Positions 20,846-28,225 of a DNA stretch of 64,000 bases are shown piece by piece. The stretch is from Candidatus Acidulodesulfobacterium acidiphilum (GTDB lineage: Bacteria > SZUA-79 > Acidulodesulfobacterales > Acidulodesulfobacteraceae). Both the position numbers and the translations under genes were made by a program. The notes beneath the pieces were generated by a model. That model saw only the letters and a list, made by a program, of their open reading frames with translations. It was not told where the DNA came from and did not search any database. The DNA is taken from NCBI GenBank assembly GCA_008534395.1, contig SHMQ01000002.1, positions 1,557-65,556 of the forward strand, written 5' to 3'. How positions within the stretch are numbered: the first letter of the stretch is position 1; every line of letters begins with the position of its first letter.

Positions 20846-21124
20846 TTACCTGATGATAAATTTTTGATACGCTTTTATATTTTTTTTTACGTTTAAATAG
20901 CCGAACCAGTACGAAAAATGGGTAAAATACCCTTTGATATTTTCCTCTTTAAATTTTGCGTATTTAGCCGCTATTACGACTCCTATGAGAGCCCCGAAAA
21001 TAGCCTGATGAAAAATAATAATACTGCCGAAAGTAAGCAAAAGTATTATTATTCCTTCCTGCATTTCCCACCAGAGAAATTGGATAGGGGCGTCTATGTA
21101 TTTAGGTATTCTTTTAAATTCCAC
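20846..21124 (-). CDS. traL: T4SS TraL
   Basis: FKRIPKYIDAPIQFLWWEMQE matches the TraL P.Y(L/I)D..p....w motif. GTG at 21124 has an AAGGAGGT SD overlapping the traA stop, giving 92 aa (F TraL is about 91 aa). Confidence 0.65.
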   Translation of the reverse strand: MEFKRIPKYIDAPIQFLWWEMQEGIIILLLTFGSIIIFHQAIFGALIGVVIAAKYAKFKEENIKGYFTHFSYWFGYLNVKKNIKAYQKFIIR

Positions 21125-21134
21125 GCTTACCTCC

Positions 21135-21521
21135 TTAGATAACAGCTCCCGCCAAACTGGCGCCCATCGAAGCAAGACTCAATACGATTTCCGGTATAAG
21201 AAAGAAAACTATGATAGCAATGATAACGACTACGAAAACCGTCCAGTGCTTGGATATCATCATTACGACACCAAAAAGCCCCATTAATATCGCTACTATA
21301 ATACCAGGTCCGCCGTATATGAAACCCATTATCGTATTATAAAGGTCAGAAAAGCTGCCGCTTGTTACGTTTACGGTCGCAGCGGTAACATTTTTACCTA
21401 TTAAAGCAAACGCAAATAAAGCTAATACGGTAAACATCAATAAAATTCTTGCCTTTGTGTTTTGTTTTAAATTCAATTCAAAGTTTGAAATTGAATCGTT
21501 GATTTTTTTAACTGTCTGCAT
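21135..21521 (-). CDS. traA: F-type propilin TraA-like
   Basis: 128 aa. Leader of about 47 aa ending VTA/A, then two hydrophobic helices. First gene of the traA-L-E-K-B order. Confidence 0.6.
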   Translation of the reverse strand: MQTVKKINDSISNFELNLKQNTKARILLMFTVLALFAFALIGKNVTAATVNVTSGSFSDLYNTIMGFIYGGPGIIVAILMGLFGVVMMISKHWTVFVVVIIAIIVFFLIPEIVLSLASMGASLAGAVI

Positions 21522-21549
21522 TTTTTTAACTCCTTCAAAAAAGAATATT

Positions 21550-21595
21550 AATTAAAATAAAGCGGCTTTTCTATTTACGAAAAAGAAAAGCCGCT
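21550..21595 (-). terminator. intrinsic terminator between the OMP gene and traA
   Basis: 11-bp stem AGCGGCTTTTC/GAAAAGCCGCT, followed on the minus strand by TTATTTT. Confidence 0.6.
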
Positions 21596-21601
21596 GAAAG
21601 T

Positions 21602-22435
21602 TTAAAAATCGTAGTGAACGCCTATCTGAACGCCGTACTGATGAGTCATGGAAGACGGCTCGTAAAATACGTTGCTCGTGTTTGAATGTTTAAAAAACAA
21701 AGCTGAATAATAGATGTCTCCGACTAAAGAAAGATTATCGGTAAGTCTGTATCTTGCGCCTTCGGCTACCGTATAACCGTTCTCTCCGGATAAGTTAAAC
21801 TCAAGATTATTACCGATAAAATAATCGCCTATAAACCCATGCAATCCTTTAGTAGTGGCCGTTCCGTTAAAACCGTCAAGATATTCAAGTTTAAATACGT
21901 TAGAAACCTTAGGCGTAAAAGCGTAAATGTTTTTATACGTAAGACTTAAATATTTGACCTGATAGCTTTCGTCATAACCGGTTGCTCCTCCTGAAAAAGA
22001 CGAATTAGCCGCCATAAAGTCGTGATTCATATCGCCCAAAGACAAATATAATTCATTCTGCATAAGCCCATTCATAAGACGCGGATCAATACCTGCGCCA
22101 ACTGAAAAATTATTTAAAGCATAGTGAACATTACCCGTCGTGGCCGTTCCGCCCTGCGTGGCGCCAGTATAAGTTGCGGGAACATAACCAAACGAACCCC
22201 TTAAAGATAAGAGAAATAAATTATTGTGGTAGTTAAACCTCTGGACCAAAGAATAGTTAGTCCCCGAATCTGAATCTCCCGCCGTCTCGCCGTAAGCGAA
22301 ATGTCCTACGCCTACTTTAGTGTTAGACGTCCAATAGGTATAACCGTGGGCGTAGCTTGTAGCCGCAAAGGTTAAACTTAAAACCAAAGCCAAAGCGACC
22401 GATAAAAACTTTTTCTTAAACAATTTTTTTCTCAT
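21602..22435 (-). CDS. outer-membrane beta-barrel protein
   Basis: 277 aa. Signal peptide ending SYA. Alternating amphipathic pattern. C-terminal aromatic residue (HYDF). Confidence 0.55.
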   Translation of the reverse strand: MRKKLFKKKFLSVALALVLSLTFAATSYAHGYTYWTSNTKVGVGHFAYGETAGDSDSGTNYSLVQRFNYHNNLFLLSLRGSFGYVPATYTGATQGGTATTGNVHYALNNFSVGAGIDPRLMNGLMQNELYLSLGDMNHDFMAANSSFSGGATGYDESYQVKYLSLTYKNIYAFTPKVSNVFKLEYLDGFNGTATTKGLHGFIGDYFIGNNLEFNLSGENGYTVAEGARYRLTDNLSLVGDIYYSALFFKHSNTSNVFYEPSSMTHQYGVQIGVHYDF

Positions 22436-22466
22436 AATACCTCCGTTTAAAATTAATTTTTATTTT

Positions 22467-22781
22467 TTATACAACAACTGCCGTTCCGTAAACCGTGACC
22501 GCCGTTATGTAATCGTTACTGTTTGAAACGATATTCTGCACGTCGATTCTTATGCCTTCTACAGCGTTTGCCCCATTATCGCTGGCATTTGCCGTCATTT
22601 TTTCTATCGCTTCTTTGATAGTCTCATCCGTCGAATTTGCAAACACATCAAGAAACCCGCCTTTTTTGACTTCGTAGGAACTTTTAAATGAGTCAATAAA
22701 CTTTTCCGAATAAATTGCCGTTCCTCTGACAATGCCTTTTACTTCTTTTACGTTTTCTAATTTTGTGCTCGATAATTGCAT
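22467..22781 (-). CDS. YbjQ/UPF0145-family protein
   Basis: 104 aa. GANAVEGIRID....GTAVVV C-terminus is typical of the family. Confidence 0.7.
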   Translation of the reverse strand: MQLSSTKLENVKEVKGIVRGTAIYSEKFIDSFKSSYEVKKGGFLDVFANSTDETIKEAIEKMTANASDNGANAVEGIRIDVQNIVSNSNDYITAVTVYGTAVVV

Positions 22782-22809
22782 AAAGCCTCCTTTAAATTTA
22801 AATTAATTA

Positions 22810-22848
22810 AAAAATATCATTTTAATAAATCTATGTCAATACATAAAT
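22810..22848 (-). promoter_or_regulatory. conserved 38-bp promoter cassette, copy 2
   Basis: AAAAATATCATTTTAATAAATCTATGTCAATACA. Same cassette as at 4170 and 23598. Confidence 0.5.
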
Positions 22849-22859
22849 TAATAAAAAAG

Positions 22860-23570
22860 TTATTTTGCTTCAAAACGCAATATTTTCTGCACTACGGCGT
22901 TAAGCAAACCGCTTGTAAGCTGTCCCGTCCAATGAAAAACTATTTTATGGTGCATTATAAAAAACGATTGAGGAACTTCGTTTATTCCGCCGTAGTCTTG
23001 CAATTCCAAAATATTTGCGTGGACTATAGGATAAGTTAAGCCGTCGTCAAACTGTTCGACGAAGTTTTTGACTCCGTTTTTAAGGACGTTTACGTTTATG
23101 CCTATTATCAATACGTTCTTTTTATTTCTTTTATAAAATCTATTAAGCATAGGCAATTCCGCCCGGCAAGGCGGACACCAAGTAGCCCAAAAATTTAATA
23201 TAATTACTTTTTTATGGATTTTGTTTAAATCGATATATTTATATCCGGAAAGTTTAGGGTTAAACACGTTGCCTCTTATATTTGGAGCCTTTGGCGTATA
23301 AGCGTAGGATTTTTGAGATAAAGCAAAAAAGGCGAGAAATAAAACAATTAACGAAAGAGCAGTCTTAAAATAACTTCTTTGTATAGTATTTTTTTTACGG
23401 ACCAAATAAAAATTTTTATAATGTTGATATATATAATGTTCTTTCGTTAAGGAATCTACAATATCCGATAAAACCTCTTTAGAAAATTTTGACTTCGACT
23501 GTAATGCCGTAAAAGTAATACCCGGATTTTCCGATATAATCTTGCAAACTAATTTTTGATAACTATCCAC
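22860..23570 (-). CDS. TlpA/ResA-like thioredoxin with N-terminal winged-helix-like segment and a TM helix
   Basis: 236 aa. FWATWCPPCRAELP redox motif. The N-terminal 60 aa look like a wHTH (ENPGITFTALQSKSKFSKEVLSDIVDSL). Confidence 0.7.
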   Translation of the reverse strand: MDSYQKLVCKIISENPGITFTALQSKSKFSKEVLSDIVDSLTKEHYIYQHYKNFYLVRKKNTIQRSYFKTALSLIVLFLAFFALSQKSYAYTPKAPNIRGNVFNPKLSGYKYIDLNKIHKKVIILNFWATWCPPCRAELPMLNRFYKRNKKNVLIIGINVNVLKNGVKNFVEQFDDGLTYPIVHANILELQDYGGINEVPQSFFIMHHKIVFHWTGQLTSGLLNAVVQKILRFEAK

Positions 23571-23597
23571 GTGAGCCTCCTTTTATTAAGGTTATAA

Positions 23598-23636
23598 AAA
23601 AAATATCATTTTAATAAATGTTTGTCAATACAAAAA
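23598..23636 (-). promoter_or_regulatory. conserved 38-bp promoter cassette, copy 3
   Basis: AAAAAATATCATTTTAATAAATGTTTGTCAATACAAAAA. Confidence 0.5.
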
Positions 23637-23647
23637 AATAATATAAA

Positions 23648-24334
23648 TTAAATAACATTAGAAATTTGTCCAAATCCAAGTCCCATTTTATATCCTAAAA
23701 ATTCAGGCAAGCGATAATTTGATATAAAAGATAAATACATAACAGGCAAAATTTTGTCTTTATATTTAATATTTTTAAAAACGAATTGATTATTTTGATT
23801 TTGAAAATAAATTTCTATTTTATCTAACAAATCAAATGGCAATTCGCTATTTAAATATTCTTTTGCTTGAAAAATAACGCTGTCTATTATTCTGCGCTTA
23901 AGATATTTTATAAAATCGGTTTTATCGCTTTTTTGGGAAACGTTAAACAATATCTTATATTCGGTATTATTAACTCCCAGAACGAATGGCGTTCTGCTCT
24001 TATAAAATACCATTTCCTTTTTATCTGCAAACGATAGGTAATTGTCGTAACTTACATCTACCTTATTGATTTTTTCGCCGTAACAAACAAAATTTCCTGA
24101 ATTTAATTTATTGGCTAAATCGCCTATAACATCTATAGACTCTTTATCTGATTTTGCAAATGTGATTTCAAAAATATTTCGATAAGGTTTAGAATAAATA
24201 ACAGGCGATAGACCCTTACCATGATACATAACAAAATCTTTATCTTTTTCATCTGCGATAGAACCAATAAAATTTCTGATATCTCTTGAATCAAAACCGG
24301 ATAAATTATTTGATAACGTAACTTTAATTTTCAT
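23648..24334 (-). CDS. cas6: Cas6-family (Csf5-like) crRNA endoribonuclease
   Basis: 228 aa. C-terminal glycine-rich loop GYKMGLGFGQ. Starts 22 nt after the last CRISPR repeat and has an AGGAGG SD. Confidence 0.65.
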   Translation of the reverse strand: MKIKVTLSNNLSGFDSRDIRNFIGSIADEKDKDFVMYHGKGLSPVIYSKPYRNIFEITFAKSDKESIDVIGDLANKLNSGNFVCYGEKINKVDVSYDNYLSFADKKEMVFYKSRTPFVLGVNNTEYKILFNVSQKSDKTDFIKYLKRRIIDSVIFQAKEYLNSELPFDLLDKIEIYFQNQNNQFVFKNIKYKDKILPVMYLSFISNYRLPEFLGYKMGLGFGQISNVI

Positions 24335-24356
24335 AAAACCTCCTAAAATTAATTTT

Positions 24357-25247
24357 ATTTTAACCTCACATATGTTAAACTCATACTACGATACAAAATG
24401 GTATTCTAATCCAACCTATTACTTTTAACCCCACATATGTTAAACTTATACGCGCAAGGCACGCAGGGAACGCAGCTTGTAAATTCCCTCTTTTAACCTC
24501 ACATATATTAAACTCATACCTATTTAAATAATCCCTTATAGAACGTCTGATAGACTTTTAACCTCACATATATTAAACTCATACAGAGATGCATCCTTGT
24601 CTCATATAGTTGATGGAGAATTCTTTTAACCTCACATATGTTAAACTCATACGAGAATTTTCGTCTCAAATTATTCCTGAAGAACCCGACTTTTAACCTC
24701 ACATATATTAAACTCATACTCTCGAAAATCGACACGCTCTTTTAGTCGGTGTCAGCTTTTAACCCCACATATGTTAAACTTATACCGGTTCTTCTAATGT
24801 ATGAAACCGGCGCCCGTATCGCTTTTAACCCCACATATATTAAACTCATACTCCGCCCAAACCGATGCCGAAAAATTTTTTATGACCTTTTAACCTCACA
24901 TATATTAAACTCATACACAAGTCATCTTATAAATTGTAATTTCAGCTAATCCCTTTTAACCCCACATATGTTAAACTCATACGTTACAAGGACGATATTA
25001 AATTTCCGGCGATAACTACTTTTAACCTCACATATGTTAAACTTATAGTAAACGCTATCCGTTTCCATTATCAAGCCCTTACAAACCTTTTAACCCCACA
25101 TATGTTAAACTTATACCAAGATTTTTTATCGACTTTACTTTGAATATCTTAACTTTTAACCCCACATATGTTAAACTTATACTTGTAGTACCTGTAGCAA
25201 GTTCGGCGTTCGACATTCTTTTAACCCCACATATGTTAAACTTATAC
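24357..25247 (-). CRISPR. CRISPR array: 14 repeats of 30 nt, 13 spacers of 35-38 nt
   Basis: Plus-strand repeat is CTTTTAACC[T/C]CACATAT[G/A]TTAAACT[C/T]ATAC. Repeat starts: 24357, 24422, 24490, 24555, 24623, 24690, 24756, 24822, 24887, 24953, 25019, 25087, 25153, 25218. Strand inferred from three things: co-orientation with the cas genes, identical repeats at the 25.2-kb end, and the GT...AAAAG form of the minus-strand repeat. Confidence 0.95.
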
Positions 25248-25352
25248 CCAAATTTTACCAAATGAAATCAAATAACTGCCGACCAAATCATCTTTTTTCG
25301 TCTGTCGCACTTGAGTAATGCAAAAATATCAGAAGAGCGACAGACAATCAAA

Positions 25353-26411
25353 TTATTCCTGAGCATCATCATCGGCAGATGTTTTAAAATATTTTTCTAT
25401 ATTTATGTTTTCTGCGGATATATTATCAAGCCATTTGTCCGCCTCCGTAATAGCCTTCCGTTGTTCGCTTGTATATTGCGGTTTCACGTTTACGTTAAAC
25501 GTATATTCATCGTCAGACCGGGACTGAAGAAAAGGATTGCCGTAATCTCCGTCTATGAACATATCGTAATTGATTACTCCCCAGCTTTTTTGGGTAGAAC
25601 CTACCCTCGCCGCAGCAAAAATCTCAAGCGTTTTTAGAAGTAAACCATATTCATATTCTTCAATTAGGTATCTGTCAGGCAATTGCATAATCGAGCTATG
25701 CAAAGTTATGCCCGGGACGATGTACTCTTTGCTTATCAACATTTGTATGGAAGTCTTGTCATCTTCTTTATCTACTTTTATCTGTTCCTGATAGGCTTGT
25801 AATTCCTCTAATGTAAATACTTTCGTTGCAGTTACGGAAACATTTCTTAAATCGTCCATATGCGCTATGTTCATTTCTTGTATATACGACGGTTTTTTAA
25901 TATCAAAATTTATCGTCCTATGATCAACTTGTTTTTCAATTATATCAGTAGTAGGTATAAAGTTATTAATGGCTATTTTGCCAGAAATGATAAGTCCTGT
26001 TCCAAATACAGATATTACGGGATTCAACTTTCTTATTTCATTTAAATCTTTTGCATTTCTTTTCGTTTGCTTTTTATCTTTATTCTTATCGGCGTCGACG
26101 TCGTTGTCACTCTCGCTTTTATTGTCTTTATTTTTTTTCTTGTTTTTTTTCTGGTTTACGCCGCCTCCATTAGACATCAAAGAAAAATCGGCGGGCGTAA
26201 GCTTTATGCCCTTGGATAGGGCTTTCTCCAACAAAAGCTCAGTCATAATCCTGCGCAATTTTCCGTTTACTCCGTTTGCAGGCAGATAACCTACCTCGTA
26301 AAGAGTGTTCCCAATACACACAACTAATTTTTTGATGTAAATGTTGCCTTTGTCGGCACTATCGATAATGCCTACCGGTGTTTTAGTGACTGCCCTAATG
26401 TCAATTCTCAT
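25353..26411 (-). CDS. csf2: Csf2 (type IV Cas7-like RAMP) with a lysine/aspartate-rich insertion
   Basis: 352 aa. LPANGVNGKLRR and NPVISVFGTG RAMP-like motifs. Lies between dinG and the array. Confidence 0.65.
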   Translation of the reverse strand: MRIDIRAVTKTPVGIIDSADKGNIYIKKLVVCIGNTLYEVGYLPANGVNGKLRRIMTELLLEKALSKGIKLTPADFSLMSNGGGVNQKKNKKKNKDNKSESDNDVDADKNKDKKQTKRNAKDLNEIRKLNPVISVFGTGLIISGKIAINNFIPTTDIIEKQVDHRTINFDIKKPSYIQEMNIAHMDDLRNVSVTATKVFTLEELQAYQEQIKVDKEDDKTSIQMLISKEYIVPGITLHSSIMQLPDRYLIEEYEYGLLLKTLEIFAAARVGSTQKSWGVINYDMFIDGDYGNPFLQSRSDDEYTFNVNVKPQYTSEQRKAITEADKWLDNISAENINIEKYFKTSADDDAQE

Positions 26412-26442
26412 AATTTGATACCTCCATAAATTAAATTTAAAA

Positions 26443-28215
26443 TTAGATTAATTTGCCTATGTTTTTAAAAATTCTATTTAATCTGGCTTTGATTCTTTCG
26501 TCGTTTATTCTTGCGTCAAGTATGTATATATCGCCTTTATCGTCAGGTCTTCTCTGAAGCCTTCCGAGACTTTGGCGGGTTATAAACAGCATGTCGTTAT
26601 AAACGGTATTCCAGTAATATCCGTCATTGAAAGCTTTCTTGTCTTGCATGTCTTTGTCGTTGATCGGGGGAAATAAAAGTTTTGTTATATATAACTTTTC
26701 AAGTTCGTCTCCGGGCAAATCGATGCCCGTTGCATAAGTTCTCGTTCCTATCAATATTCCGCCCTCAAGTTTAAATTTATTAATAGTTTGGGCTTGCGTC
26801 ATCGTATAGTCAGCTTTAATGATGTTTGTATTTGGCAAAAGTTTTATTAATGCAGAATGTAGCGCCTTAACTTCCGCATAACTTCCGGCTATTACCAACG
26901 AATTTTTGTTTTCAAACGTTTTATTTATGTAACTGGCTATGCCGTCAACCCATTCCGCATCCGGCGTCCCGTCGTCAGACATATTTTTATTTTTCTTTAC
27001 AAGATAATCAGTGTGTATCTTGATATTATCCGTAGGAAATAGTCTTGGTTCGCTTTTAATTATTACTTTATCTTTTAGTCCGCTAAGACCAAGTTTTTTA
27101 ATTATATAATCGCCGTTATCCATTTCTATGCTTTGAGAAAATTCTTTTTTATCGGCAGGCGGCGGGACAGTAAAAAGAGTTCCCGATACGCCGACAAATC
27201 CAGATAAACTTTTAAAAAAATTATATAAACCCGATTGAACGCTTTGCGACTGAAAATGGACAGTCGGATAACCCTTAGCAGGCGAATAATACAAAGAAAT
27301 ATTTTCTTCGCTATTAACTATGGTGTTAAGTTCTGTATACTCCTGTAAAAAAATCTTTGCGTATCTGTCGGTTTTTAGTTCTTTAATTAATTTCGTTAAT
27401 TTTTTTCGAGACGACGCAAATTTAGTTAAATCGTCCAGATAATCTTTAAATAAGCGCTTGTCCGTTACATACGAGTCGATTTTATTTTCGTCCTTATATT
27501 TTTTAAGTAATACAGACGATTCTTTATAGATTTTACCGAGATATGTTTTTGCCGTTCTGTCAATTTTGCTTTTTCCTATTATTCTTTTTAGCGAAGTTGT
27601 AAATCGTGAAACAGAAAAACTCGAAGTAGAAATTAATTTCTGAGCTTCGTACATTTTATCCACTTCGTCGGACAATATGTAATATTCCGATAAATCGACG
27701 TTTTTATTGTATCTAAGCATTATAAGAAAAACATGATTGGTGATTGATACATCATATTCAGATACGCTGTCCAAATCTTGCCTGTTGTCTGCATGATAGA
27801 TATTTGATACTACTAATTTGTCGTCGTCGTTTAAAAGGCAATTCCTGTACAACTCTTCAAACGTTATATTTTTATTTAAAGTTTTAGCGTATTCAATTAC
27901 TTTATCCGGATACGTAAAATAAGAATAAAACTCGTCGTCTATTTTGTTTAAATCTAAATAATTTTCCGCTCCGATTACTATGCCTACTTTCAAATTAGGG
28001 AATCTTTCCTTGAAATCTAAAAATAGCTTGTCGGCTAAAGAATTGGTAAAAGTAGATATTATAACCTTCCTGTCTTTAAGAAGCTCCACTGCGATATGAG
28101 GCAATAAATAACTTGATTTGCCGAATCCGGTTGATAATTCATGCAAATGAATAAATTTTCTCCTTGCATTTTCTACTGCTATTTTTAAAATTTCCGTCTG
28201 CTTTTTGCTTAACAT
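26443..28215 (-). CDS. dinG: Csf4/DinG-family (XPD-like) helicase
   Basis: 590 aa. STGFGKSS Walker A, SDEVDKMY (DEAH-type box), ATGIDLPG, LGRLQRRPDDKGDIYILD (motif VI). Confidence 0.85.
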   Translation of the reverse strand: MLSKKQTEILKIAVENARRKFIHLHELSTGFGKSSYLLPHIAVELLKDRKVIISTFTNSLADKLFLDFKERFPNLKVGIVIGAENYLDLNKIDDEFYSYFTYPDKVIEYAKTLNKNITFEELYRNCLLNDDDKLVVSNIYHADNRQDLDSVSEYDVSITNHVFLIMLRYNKNVDLSEYYILSDEVDKMYEAQKLISTSSFSVSRFTTSLKRIIGKSKIDRTAKTYLGKIYKESSVLLKKYKDENKIDSYVTDKRLFKDYLDDLTKFASSRKKLTKLIKELKTDRYAKIFLQEYTELNTIVNSEENISLYYSPAKGYPTVHFQSQSVQSGLYNFFKSLSGFVGVSGTLFTVPPPADKKEFSQSIEMDNGDYIIKKLGLSGLKDKVIIKSEPRLFPTDNIKIHTDYLVKKNKNMSDDGTPDAEWVDGIASYINKTFENKNSLVIAGSYAEVKALHSALIKLLPNTNIIKADYTMTQAQTINKFKLEGGILIGTRTYATGIDLPGDELEKLYITKLLFPPINDKDMQDKKAFNDGYYWNTVYNDMLFITRQSLGRLQRRPDDKGDIYILDARINDERIKARLNRIFKNIGKLI

Positions 28216-28225
28216 TTCATCCCCC

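Noticed and set aside
21135-21175. Long form of traL (20846..21175) overlapping the traA 3' end by 41 nt
   Set aside because: The GTG at 21124 has a perfect AAGGAGGT SD and yields an F-like 92-aa TraL. The upstream extension (MLRWAPVWRELLSKEVS) has no support.
24357-25247. Plus-strand transcription of the CRISPR array. On the plus strand the hairpin is followed by a 7-nt tail CTCATAC, as in I-E/I-F-type repeats.
   Set aside because: A plus-strand leader would have to lie inside the cas6 coding sequence. The identical repeats sit at the opposite end of the array, and the end-degenerate repeat lies next to cas6. I kept this as a caveat because only RNA data can settle it.
24520-25261. Three ORFs of 60-71 aa (24520..24735 minus, 24749..24949 plus, 25079..25261 minus) lying within the CRISPR array
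   Set aside because: They are translations of the repeats. Peptides such as SLIYVRLKV, NPTYVKLI and LTYVGLK recur at the repeat period. They are not genes.
25311-26289. Plus-strand ORFs antisense to csf2 (25311..25637, 25570..25791, 25860..26045, 25969..26289)
   Set aside because: They are antisense to a gene with recognisable RAMP motifs. The longest is simply the complement of the Lys/Asp-rich insertion (an SLSL/FFF run).
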